Source: Escherichia phage D6
Reading direction: 5' to 3' (one strand)
Sequence record: NC_050154.1
DNA length: 64,000 nucleotides
Below are positions 18,201 through 25,649 of this stretch, piece by piece; within the stretch, counting starts at the first letter, position 1; each line of letters opens with the position of its first letter. The position numbers and the translations under genes were made by a program. A model generated the notes under the pieces. It did not search any database. It was not told where the DNA came from and worked only from the letters and a program-made list of their open reading frames with translations.

Positions 18201-19119
18201 GGAAGGTATCCCAAAGGACGTTTGCCGATTTGAGTGTTGAATCATCCGTGTCGGGGATCATCTCCAGGAAGGTTTCCGGGTGTTTACGCAATACCCATAC
18301 GTCCACCACGGTATCTGTACCGGATTCGCTGAACGTACCAGAAGGCATACGATGTGCGCCCAAAAATTCCGCTTTACGGCTGACTTTATCGCGCAATTTT
18401 TTATATTTCGCACCATCGGTCATGCCATTCGGCACCACCAATACGATAAGCCCACCAGGCTTAACCTTGTCGATCGTGCGCAGCACAAAGTAATTGCCAA
18501 CGTTCTTCTCGTTTGCATATGCCGGATCAAGACCGGCGACACCGGAACGCCCTTCACCAAACGGTACGTTACCAACAGCGTGATCATACATTGCGTCTTT
18601 CGCCGCCAGCGCCTCAAACGCCCCGATATTCACATCGTCTTCCGGGTGCAAAAGCTGGTTTATTCGACCGGAAATCGGAGACAGTTCGGCGCTGGTCATT
18701 ATCATGCCCTGCCGTTTTGTCTCCTGGAAAATACCTGTGCCCGCTGATGGTTCCAGTACGTGCCCGCCATCAATACCGTAGTCAGCAAACAGATCCCATA
18801 TACCTTCAGCCATAAACTGTGGCGTGTAGTATTCGTATTGGCTGCCCTCACCATCTGTCAGGCCGCCTTCACCGGTATACCCGGCAAGAATCTGACGTTG
18901 TTCGTCAGTTAATTTCGCCCCATCGAAGCCGGGCGGAAGGGAATTAAGAAGATTTACTGCGGCATTATTTGCTGCCCGGCGTGTTTTCTGAATACTGACG
19001 CCATCGGCTTTCCTGACGCCAAAGGTCGCAACAGCACGTAATTTATGCAACCGACTAACAATTTCAATCAGTTCGCCTAAGCTGGAGGCTTCACTGATTG
19101 AATGAAGTAGTTTGTCCAA
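12283..19119 (-). CDS. darB: DarB-like antirestriction protein (N-terminal adenine-methyltransferase domain plus superfamily-2 helicase)
   Basis: 2278 aa; MTase-like NVPFG and SAM-binding region; helicase motifs GFGTGLGKTT and DEGH; TTG start with strong RBS (GAGGGGG); size matches P1 DarB (~2255 aa). Confidence 0.8.
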   Translation of the reverse strand: MDKLLHSISEASSLGELIEIVSRLHKLRAVATFGVRKADGVSIQKTRRAANNAAVNLLNSLPPGFDGAKLTDEQRQILAGYTGEGGLTDGEGSQYEYYTPQFMAEGIWDLFADYGIDGGHVLEPSAGTGIFQETKRQGMIMTSAELSPISGRINQLLHPEDDVNIGAFEALAAKDAMYDHAVGNVPFGEGRSGVAGLDPAYANEKNVGNYFVLRTIDKVKPGGLIVLVVPNGMTDGAKYKKLRDKVSRKAEFLGAHRMPSGTFSESGTDTVVDVWVLRKHPETFLEMIPDTDDSTLKSANVLWDTFLKGKWFTTEGKRFVYGDMERTSFRNTLVVKKDGRVSNESMKTALSRRFDSRINWDLLGVTTQAWQGAKVGDKRLVGGIWHEFDGLKWVKDTTTKSSALDVSRYGVSTFGDLQIAFQSTNGILALSWDQISAIASDYPSVVSDEVAAMIRFAGKQREKDRERVMRGALIGQLINKALDLRNLGVNVDDKLADASRLAAAEVAKYGPPHAIKLNGLAEAGAKNWMTFTGNVKQDGSTSDLLAGRLDVTDGAAGIDFTRPEQVIAHLFSDVALNPITLGDFREAFAGELPEDDDAVLEYLAKFDDIAIDGYGCLLPMDRATSGDVATKTALLVGWRDASTGEQKANFERQLAKIEEKRIFTPLNKVTVNLNARWLDRRLIKEFLAEQGYDEFKYTEPDLKVVDGILVSPDDYEGKDGVFTGYQLRTVNGKNGNEFKKANNKDGFLNQLENYLNGVKPRGQNANEYLDKIAQLEVSFNDWLRTHPQADQIARDYNDAFNGFIPFTHSDAPLGLEGISGKRIPLTYQNEEVRRLSEDGRGIMGFGTGLGKTTTALALEAYNFETGRTKRTCIVVPKAVYQNWYHEAQSFYSADAFANMMFIGLDEVRDDSGNILTAPVLDENGEPRLDSNGQPLTRNVVKESSSAVIVQRMNMIPSSNWRTVIMTKEQFASIPLREKTIEENSQQAVFNAVEMGRLDLASGKHRDAQKKNKIKDQAANTGTTKKQNIPYFEDMNFDSVIADEGHNYRNSFNAGREAGQLAYLPNPAVSKMARDMAVKAAYMMKRNNGRGVVMLTATPLVNSPIDAFNMLSTVIPQEEWMRMGIITPDDFVRVFGKTATVQVQKISGEVEEKQGLVGFQNLDGLRGIFHRWATLKTAADVGATVKIPDIIENTLQIPMTGEQETAYEELRKRAQELSRNDELTVDENGHITNDKPDDFIFSIIRDMDKVAIDPDLYASAITFQFPVELADQVKAIADALPKVAGGKVADDVDEAEEDGAGGLVSTRTSKVVKTAFSEHPTHVEIRASIELEAEILKAIAAAGIDMQQVSHPIPPKYAALIENLREGLKNGKQIVFIDEKAQHQKLRRIIASALQMPEQEIGIINATTVSQAGGIKLKKVNKPTEPTPNKNGEYKEGAWETYYSKLAQYEDYLSAKNDAGLEGMEGIAADYNEGRTRIIICNKKAEVGINLHIGTTDIHHLTLPWTPASIDQRNGRGARVGSPQEKVNVHYYCGKGTFDDFRLDTLKRKKDWIKMVMTSDMSEIANGDADDADERAIMLAANPEERRAIMARQAQEREERLKLKAQREANNALDIYLKAANAAGKDIGMMETELKSAMEQIEYYQRNLDDLIKAGTNRNGQKYALEQLSSYRKRARVLRFAITRAKDADTIMKRSRGDVERAIKSGVLDISIDVIQNPQEYMRTDKNILLHKGSYYRAVIDDRETTAIVRVEKIDGEKAQYLCRIAWLDRASRYARAPGAIVTLPFDSVIEAVTFEEGVAESRATAARGVQCHQLSTILTRDQFYDAIRNGVMNVIAGKPGNAWGGGSAIKYWAYRTDDGQIALSSAYDGVIGQKIGRASDIAPERWIYPDGNDEALKREVAKIQASDNPLNIVDGEGFLQALYGYDYTQGMQAWGAQATMDDVTQEFENWMAGRGLSGRSLNKVTSEDILSLFRKPSGEGLESFWRTVLAYRLFQGRMKAFSNIDDIERMFNQVKIAKIKAKIEKTRSALVAWRDALFEQYKSLSDADGWTALEQLANNGVDGAKLAIVQADNPLESPAAQWIKVGAVINAFDEKHISKDDFADAVSVNRLVEMATRRARELKDGDYVNELPDTLKSSTWQDYVSLKNGGATESEIAERLEQAESKREEQAAVAEARADEAANDDYIIVVNDKPIRAKARVRGRWWSVSEDVGAVYLIADQPGSSTIRNAKDAIKKIGGRFWNFEANPVADVNFDRPAWMVSTRYSVDELRKIIADAA

Positions 19120-19270
19120 AGGATTTCCCCCTCTAAACCGTAAAAAATTCCGCTATGCGGTACGGTTGAGAGGGTATGGAGAATGTTATTTTCAGGGGGA
19201 CGATACTACCGTCAAAATCACATACTCCCCATAGTTTGCCTACTTATTAACCCATGACCGGGAGAAAAAT

Positions 19271-19756
19271 ATGGCAAACATTGAACCTCGCTGGCTAATT
19301 GAAGCCCGTAAGCACATTGGCCTGACTGAAATAAAAGGCGCTAAACACAACCCTGAAATCGTTCAGTTCTGGCGCGACATCAAGCGCGGCGGAATTAAAG
19401 ACGATGAAACGCCGTGGTGCGCAGCATTTGTCGGTGCAATGCTGGAACGTGTAGGCATCCGCTCAACAAGATTTGAGTCGGCAAAATCCTATCTGGATTG
19501 GGGCGAGAAATTAGATACACCGGCATACGGATGTATCGTTGTATTTACCCGCGTAGGCGGTGGGCACGTAGGCTTCGTTGTCGGACGCCGCGCCAATGGC
19601 GATCTGCTTGTCCTGGGTGGGAACCAGGGGGATGCGGTTAATATTCGCGCATTCCCAACATCAAGAGTGTCTGGCTATCGCTGGCCTGCTGGCGAACCAC
19701 GCAATACCGCTCTGTTACCAGTCGGAGACGCAGCAACCTCAACTAATGAGGCATGA
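19271..19756 (+). CDS. NlpC/P60-CHAP-type peptidoglycan hydrolase-like protein (TIGR02594-like)
   Basis: 161 aa; catalytic-type Cys (ETPWCAAFV) and His (GGGHVGFVVG) spaced as in CHAP/NlpC-P60 enzymes. Confidence 0.5.
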   Translation: MANIEPRWLIEARKHIGLTEIKGAKHNPEIVQFWRDIKRGGIKDDETPWCAAFVGAMLERVGIRSTRFESAKSYLDWGEKLDTPAYGCIVVFTRVGGGHVGFVVGRRANGDLLVLGGNQGDAVNIRAFPTSRVSGYRWPAGEPRNTALLPVGDAATSTNEA

Positions 19757-19780
19757 AAAAAGCCCCGGCCAGGCCGGGGC
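19755..19780. terminator. Hairpin terminator (T-run on minus strand) ending the icd/ant-like operon
   Basis: gccccggc-cag-gccggggc preceded by AAAAAA on plus strand. Confidence 0.55.
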
Positions 19781-19788
19781 ATCACGCT

Positions 19789-19989
19789 TCAAGTCACGAT
19801 CCAATCATTACCGACTATATCAGCCGTCGATAAATCAACTTCCCGGATCTGGAGTCCATTAATACAAAACCATCCGGTAGTAGAGTAATTATCAGGCCAG
19901 GCCCATACACCAACACTCCATGCTTTACGGCGGCACACTTCAGCCTGTCCTTCCCTGATTTTTTTTACCGCCTGCATGATGTCCATCAC
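19789..19989 (-). CDS. Hypothetical small protein
   Basis: 66-aa ORF, start overlaps stop of the upstream gene. Confidence 0.3.
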   Translation of the reverse strand: MMDIMQAVKKIREGQAEVCRRKAWSVGVWAWPDNYSTTGWFCINGLQIREVDLSTADIVGNDWIVT

Positions 19990-20693
19990 TCACCTCCCCA
20001 ACCGATCACCTGGAATTGCCCCATTTTGGGGTGATACCAGCGTTTTCCTCGGTGTTCAGCCTCCGACATCATCCGGTTAAAAGCATTCATGAAGGGAGAT
20101 AAGGCCACGATGGAACGACGCGACAATACCCCCTCTGGAGTTAAAAACTCATGCGTATCGGTGGGAATCCGGTAAGCGTTGACCAAGTTGCGACATTTGG
20201 CTTCGGTCAGGCCACATTTCGCCGCCAGCTGGCGGTAGCCAATGTAGCCTTCCGGCATATTGCCCTTCTTGATTTGCTCGACGGTTTCAGCGACCTGGCT
20301 AACCTTTGACTCAACAGCATGAAGCCGCTTTTGCTGCTGAACTGCATTTGCAGCCATTGCGGCGATCATCTCTATTTCGGTCAACGGCTGGCGTACTTGT
20401 TCTTCCAGTTCGCGCCAGCGGTCCACCAGCCGGGCGGTAAATTCGGGAGAAAGCTGCGCAACGACAATGATACTGTCACGCTTGCCTTGCTCGCCTTCGA
20501 AGACGTAGTGTGAATTTTTAACTTTAAATCCTAAGTTATTGATATTTTCGGAAACCTCCATTGGAGGAAGTGGAATAACACCTGATTTACTCAAGCGTTC
20601 AATAGTGCGTTTAACGTTATCCGGGCGACTTCCCACCAGCTCCGCGATCTCAATGCTGGTCATTGATGGCTTTTCAAGAATGCAGATTTCCAT
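19986..20693 (-). CDS. Antirepressor-like protein (Rha/ORF6N-type N-terminal domain)
   Basis: 235 aa; SIEIAELVGSRPDNVKRTIERL resembles phage Rha/Ant N-termini; strong RBS GGAGG; sits where ant sits in the P1 c4-icd-ant operon. Confidence 0.45.
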   Translation of the reverse strand: MEICILEKPSMTSIEIAELVGSRPDNVKRTIERLSKSGVIPLPPMEVSENINNLGFKVKNSHYVFEGEQGKRDSIIVVAQLSPEFTARLVDRWRELEEQVRQPLTEIEMIAAMAANAVQQQKRLHAVESKVSQVAETVEQIKKGNMPEGYIGYRQLAAKCGLTEAKCRNLVNAYRIPTDTHEFLTPEGVLSRRSIVALSPFMNAFNRMMSEAEHRGKRWYHPKMGQFQVIGWGGE

Positions 20694-20917
20694 CAGTGTG
20701 CCTCCGCAATTCCGGGATTGGTAATATTGCGATACCAGGGATTAGTGTTTGGTTGTGGGGAAGTAGAGAAACGACCAGTAAGAACACCATACTGATCAGG
20801 GATCAGAGAACGGGCTTCTTTTTCGGTTGCGGCAATTGCGAAGTGATCGCAGTGTTTTTGCAGGGAGTGGAAACGCCAGATGAATTCTGGGCGTGAGCAA
20901 GGATTGGCATTAACCAT
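20693..20917 (-). CDS. Icd-like small protein (position and size analogue)
   Basis: 74 aa (P1 Icd is ~73 aa, from memory); start codon lies 11 nt downstream of an antisense-target element; coupled to the ant-like gene (ATGA overlap). Confidence 0.35.
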   Translation of the reverse strand: MVNANPCSRPEFIWRFHSLQKHCDHFAIAATEKEARSLIPDQYGVLTGRFSTSPQPNTNPWYRNITNPGIAEAH

Positions 20918-20974
20918 AGTTACGGCCTCGTAAGTTGATAAACAACCTGCGACCCGCTGTCAAACAGGTGGCAG

Positions 20975-21015
20975 GACGTGACAGGGTTGACAGACTGGCA
21001 CTTACGAAACCAGCA
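20975..21015 (-). ncRNA. c4-like antisense RNA core (boundaries approximate)
   Basis: Transcript would carry CGUAAGU and CUGUCAA, complementary in the correct antiparallel order to two repeated target pairs (GUUUGACAG ... ACUUACG) at 21112..21134 and 20928..20965, the latter overlapping the icd-like RBS. Confidence 0.4.
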
Positions 21016-21266
21016 GGCCGAAGCCTCCCCATCACGCCCCACCATAATTCGGGCGTAACGTGGTTTTACGGACACAAAAATACCGCAATATCGGAAATGT
21101 GCGGTTGTCCGCGTAAGTATTCAGGCTGTCAAACCCGGTCGCAGAATTTGCTACGACGGCATGAATATAAGCCTGAAAACATGGAAGATCAACTAAAAAT
21201 TTCAGCAATGGATGACTTCAGTCGATGATGCAGATCATACATTCCGATTTAGAAACAGCAAATTAA

Positions 21267-21284
21267 TTTTCTAACACAAATCAT
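21267..21284 (+). promoter_or_regulatory. Operator-like motif (ttttctaacacaaatcat) upstream of the c4/icd/ant-like operon
   Basis: 18-bp identity with the site at 54208..54225. Confidence 0.5.
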
Positions 21285-21330
21285 CGAGCGAGCATTTTCC
21301 GATCATTGGGATGTTTTGTAGACACACAGG

Positions 21331-22293
21331 TCATCCCCTAAATCCCGCAGGGATTGACCAATCCTCACGGTCAAATTCAGACCGATAGCCACGCTGTTTC
21401 ATCAGGTCAAAGGCTTCACCAATGGTTGCACACCCCTGGGAGCCAGAATAATCCATTGAGAAATCCAGGGCACTGGATTGTTTAGGCTTATTCACTGCGG
21501 TAGCGGCACTACGTATCCATGCAAATTTTTTTGCCAGCTTTTCAGCGGTACGATACAGAGCCTGCCGTTTTGCGTGCCCCTCGTCTGAACGACGCTTTGC
21601 AGCTCTCGCTTTTGCCGCCGCCAGGCAGTGGTTGGTATGTTCTTCCCTGATTACTGGTTTTTTATCCAGTACCACGTTATCCGTTTGAGAACTATCTGCT
21701 GGTGAAGCCTTTGGCTGAACCGCGCATGATCTTTCTCTTCTTTTGGCTATAGAGTGACTCTTATTTTCTATTGGCTGTTCATTTTGAACATGGGGGGACT
21801 TGTTCAATTTGAACAGGGGGTTCCCAGTTTCAAAAAAATAACGAACCTTTGAAATCAACTGCTTAACCAGTTTTGTGGCGTTGGCAAATTTGATGCCCTG
21901 CTTACCCCCTATCTCCATTGCTACATGAATGAAGTGGAGAAATTGTGTCGTAAACCGATATACGTTACACACCTGGGCATTGTTATTCGCTACCTGATGT
22001 TGCTTAACAAGCATTCCGCACTTCGTCGCTTCAGTAAATGCCCGGCGCACAGTAGAAATACTGCGCCCTGTAATCTCAGACATATCAGCATATGAGCGAC
22101 GGATCATGTATTCATCGGTAGCCCCTGCAAGGTTGGCGAACTCGGCAATAATGGCGCTATGTGAAGGGGAAAGAAGACCGCTATGACGAGCAAAAAAACT
22201 CAACTGATGACCTTTGATTTTTTTGTGGTATTCAGTGTTGTTTTTATACTCAGAAGTGTTGAAAGTTACTGAAACTGAATTTAAAATATTCAC
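21331..22293 (-). CDS. HTH-containing hypothetical protein (possible replication or regulatory protein)
   Basis: 320 aa; HTH-like MSEITGRSISTVRRAFTEATKCGML; basic C-terminal half. Confidence 0.3.
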   Translation of the reverse strand: MNILNSVSVTFNTSEYKNNTEYHKKIKGHQLSFFARHSGLLSPSHSAIIAEFANLAGATDEYMIRRSYADMSEITGRSISTVRRAFTEATKCGMLVKQHQVANNNAQVCNVYRFTTQFLHFIHVAMEIGGKQGIKFANATKLVKQLISKVRYFFETGNPLFKLNKSPHVQNEQPIENKSHSIAKRRERSCAVQPKASPADSSQTDNVVLDKKPVIREEHTNHCLAAAKARAAKRRSDEGHAKRQALYRTAEKLAKKFAWIRSAATAVNKPKQSSALDFSMDYSGSQGCATIGEAFDLMKQRGYRSEFDREDWSIPAGFRG

Positions 22294-22354
22294 CAGATAG
22301 TTCCGTGAAAAAATCTATCTACCGTATAAATCTATGCCAGTGGATTTATACACC

Positions 22355-22388
22355 AAAAAGCCGCTTCTCAGCGGCTTTTGCTTTTTTT
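22355..22388. terminator. Bidirectional rho-independent terminator downstream of the protease gene
   Basis: gccgc-ttctca-gcggc followed by T-run; A-run upstream. Confidence 0.6.
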
Positions 22389-22493
22389 GGCAATCGCTAC
22401 CGGAGCAGTGACCGCGATCCTACTCGATCACATCGGACAGGATCAACAGTGTATATAAATACACTATGTTAGCAATTTAATTTCATACAGCGG

Positions 22494-23492
22494 TTATGCC
22501 CGTCGCGAAACGAAGAGTAATGGGGTAGTATTTTTGCTCTCCTTCGGCGATAACTCCGGCTCTTTCTTGCCTGATATCGGCAAGCCATAAGTCGCATTTG
22601 CCCCCATAGATTCAAGCATCGCAGCCACTATGCGAGCATCATCTTCAGACTGCATACGGCAGAGCGCCCGACGCTGTTCTGCGCTGATAAAAACAGGCAT
22701 TTCCTGGATAGCGTCACGCAAAATCCGGCGGCATTGCTTTGCATTTTCCCCCTGGCTTTCCATCATCGCTGTTTGAGCGCGCAGCTTATCTCGAAGCTGT
22801 ATGTTTTCCACTTCAAGGAGCATCAATTCTGATTCCAGGGCTTCACGATGTGCAGATTCGAGCATGGCTTGCTGATTTTTCATTGCTGAAAAGTGGTGAA
22901 CCAGATCCGTAGCAGCGTTATCGGTAAAACCTTGTTCGATAAGTGCTGCATGAATAGCCGCATCGCGCTCTTCTGCTGATTCAAGCATCAGGCTTTTCTT
23001 GTCGAGGCTGATATAGTTAGGCACAGTTACGTAATCAAAGCCGTGGAAAGACTTTACCAGGGATACCGATGAATCTGGACCAGATGTAGCCCACGACCAA
23101 CCACCAGCACCAGAATTAATCATGCCCTGAACAATACGCCCGGTGTCTGTATCCAGTATTTCCTGCGTATGAGTAACAATGCCGTTGTCGTCAATCGAAA
23201 TGTCGATAGTCCTGTTTGACGGCACGTTCTCCAATACAACAGGCTTCCCATCTACCATCACAACAGAGACTTCCGGCAAGTTCAGGCTTTTCGTTTTGTT
23301 ATAGTGCATCGCCCGGCGACCATGACCGTAATAACCATACATCTCACCCAGCGCGATACGCTCTTTTGTTTCTGGCGAGTTGAATGTGTCTCGTACCGAC
23401 TGAATGACGTAATTTCGGTTGTTCTGCGGTGTGTGTTTGCGGATTTTCTCTACCAGGGAGAAGCGATCCGTAACAGTATTCAGTGATTGCAT
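22494..23492 (-). CDS. Prohead protease/scaffold-like protein (Pro-like)
   Basis: 332 aa directly downstream of the portal-sized gene; GYYGHG motif; C-terminal coiled-coil-like region. Confidence 0.45.
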   Translation of the reverse strand: MQSLNTVTDRFSLVEKIRKHTPQNNRNYVIQSVRDTFNSPETKERIALGEMYGYYGHGRRAMHYNKTKSLNLPEVSVVMVDGKPVVLENVPSNRTIDISIDDNGIVTHTQEILDTDTGRIVQGMINSGAGGWSWATSGPDSSVSLVKSFHGFDYVTVPNYISLDKKSLMLESAEERDAAIHAALIEQGFTDNAATDLVHHFSAMKNQQAMLESAHREALESELMLLEVENIQLRDKLRAQTAMMESQGENAKQCRRILRDAIQEMPVFISAEQRRALCRMQSEDDARIVAAMLESMGANATYGLPISGKKEPELSPKESKNTTPLLFVSRRA

Positions 23493-23505
23493 TATTTCCC
23501 TCCGG

Positions 23506-25188
23506 TTAATTGCTCATCACAAATTTTGCAAAGTTTATTAACTGTTCTGGCGTCCAGTTTTCCGGATCGTCACCGGACGACAACGGCGCGGATTCGTACA
23601 TACCATGCTCGTTGTTTTGCTCTGATTCATTCGCCTTAAACTCTTTGATCATGGTGTTGAGAGTGTCATCGTCGATGTGCAACTGCTCAGTGAACAGATA
23701 ACGCATAAACGCGTCGCTACCAGCCAGTTTCGGGTTGTTCTGGATCTGGTCCATAATTTGGGAGATGACAGCAACAAAGTTGGCGCGTGCATCCAGTTCT
23801 CGGTTTTCCTCTTCCTGGATAGCAGTGTTCATTGAGTTGAATTGCACGTCATAAGGGCGGTTTGTTTCGGTGTAAACCTTGCCGTATTTATAAGCGAGGT
23901 GAATGTCCAGAAGCCGATAAATAGTTCGCTGGGCGGCCTGTCTGATCCAGTTCGCACGCAATGCAGCCTGGATAGCAGTTTGCTGCCAGCCGCCTTCTCC
24001 AAGCCCTCCGCTCATCTGATCAGCCCAGCCAAGCATTGTTGCGTCAATGCCGAGGCTTGCAGCAAGCTGCCGGAGGTGAAACATAACGTCTTCGATACCA
24101 CTGATATCTGCGGGTATGGATTGCGTATCAATGGTGATGCCGTTCTTCCCGTCTCCCATAACAGGTATCAGATGGTTAAGCACAGTCGGAATAGCGTTGG
24201 CATTAATCGACCTTTGCGCCACCAGGTCACTATGACGCTTCAATGCCTGGCTGACGCCACGCGTATAGTTCGCCGCATTAACCGGGTCCAGTGTGTTCGT
24301 CGTAAGAGCAATCAGGCGGTCAATTTTGGCTGCATTATTTCGCGTTGATTTCAGCGCGGCGAGCGAAGCACATAAATTAAGGTAAGGTTCATAGCTGTAT
24401 TCCAGGAATGAAGTTCCGTAATTCTGCGTCTCCATTAACGGCTTATCAGCCTGATCACTTAACAGTGAGTACCCTTTTGTGCCGTAGCTAACCGGAATAA
24501 CTTTATGCTGTGGCGTCCAATAGGGATTTTTCATGGAAACCAGATTCCACGGTTCGGTTATTACTCTGCGCAAACTATGCGTATCCAGAATGTAATCACC
24601 ACTGAAACCTACCAGCTGGCTACCACGATAAAACTCCTGGACGAAGTGTGGCAGAGTGTAATAACTGGACTCAATGCCTGTTATCCCCCTGCCCTGTTCA
24701 GCATAAGGTCGGACATAAGACACCCCAAAGATAGCCATAATCATGGCCCATGAAGGAAGTCCGTCATTAATCATCGCCCCCAAATCAGCGGTTAACTCTT
24801 CACATCTACTTACTGCCTCAGCATCGGAACCATCCTTTGGCGAAAGGATGAATGCTTGTCCGGTTTTTTTTGAAGGCGCAAGCGCATGTGCAATGTGAAT
24901 GTTTAAAGCCGTCGAGATAGTCGGGCTTTTAGCCATCGTTTCCAGGATGTTGTACTTTTGCAGGCGCTCGCCGGGCAGTTCAGCGGATAAAGAAATTGAA
25001 TCTGCTGCACTCGTCATGCCATCGCTGTTGCTCCCCAGTATACCTGGACGTAAAGCAGACAGGCCGGAACGAGCAACGACACTATGCCCGCTCGTAAAAA
25101 CGACCGGATCGGCGGGCGTAACATCACCACCGTTGAAGGCTTTCTTCAATGCTGACAGAAAGCCTTTGTTTTTGTCTTTCGTTGCCAT
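23506..25188 (-). CDS. Portal protein (Prt-like)
   Basis: 560 aa; immediately upstream of the protease-like gene; size and position as P1 prt. Confidence 0.5.
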   Translation of the reverse strand: MATKDKNKGFLSALKKAFNGGDVTPADPVVFTSGHSVVARSGLSALRPGILGSNSDGMTSAADSISLSAELPGERLQKYNILETMAKSPTISTALNIHIAHALAPSKKTGQAFILSPKDGSDAEAVSRCEELTADLGAMINDGLPSWAMIMAIFGVSYVRPYAEQGRGITGIESSYYTLPHFVQEFYRGSQLVGFSGDYILDTHSLRRVITEPWNLVSMKNPYWTPQHKVIPVSYGTKGYSLLSDQADKPLMETQNYGTSFLEYSYEPYLNLCASLAALKSTRNNAAKIDRLIALTTNTLDPVNAANYTRGVSQALKRHSDLVAQRSINANAIPTVLNHLIPVMGDGKNGITIDTQSIPADISGIEDVMFHLRQLAASLGIDATMLGWADQMSGGLGEGGWQQTAIQAALRANWIRQAAQRTIYRLLDIHLAYKYGKVYTETNRPYDVQFNSMNTAIQEEENRELDARANFVAVISQIMDQIQNNPKLAGSDAFMRYLFTEQLHIDDDTLNTMIKEFKANESEQNNEHGMYESAPLSSGDDPENWTPEQLINFAKFVMSN

Positions 25189-25272
25189 GAATCACCGCAA
25201 ATTGTTTCCAGTTTTGCGGCAGCATAATCAGTATGTGATTTGATAGGAGAGTTTTATTGGTGCTGTTAATGA

Positions 25273-25605
25273 TTACTTACACGCTTCCCTGCCCACATAG
25301 TCAGCGATGGAACCACTTACAATCCCCCCCATTTTGGGATCAGGTTTTGAATTTTTCATCTGTTCAAGCGTCTCCCCAGAACCAAGATACTTCACTTCAT
25401 TTGTCATGCAATTATATATTCTCTTCGAATATGCTTTCCCAGATGGGCCTTCCCTTTTTGTAATGATAGTTTTATATTCACCTTCACGACCAATATCCAG
25501 CACTGTATAAGTAGCTTTTGGATCAGAAGGGATTTTTATCTTATAGGGCGCAGCACAAACTGATGCAGAAGCTAATAAAGCACAAACCAGGATTATATTT
25601 CTCAT
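25273..25605 (-). CDS. Secreted small protein with signal peptide (possible MliC/PliC-like lysozyme inhibitor)
   Basis: 110 aa; signal peptide MRNIILVCALLASASVCA; SGSIADY resembles the MliC SxSGAxY motif; lies in an AT-rich island. Confidence 0.35.
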   Translation of the reverse strand: MRNIILVCALLASASVCAAPYKIKIPSDPKATYTVLDIGREGEYKTIITKREGPSGKAYSKRIYNCMTNEVKYLGSGETLEQMKNSKPDPKMGGIVSGSIADYVGREACK

Positions 25606-25649
25606 AACTATACTCCATGTTATAAATTATCAAAGCTAAGTAAGTAAAA

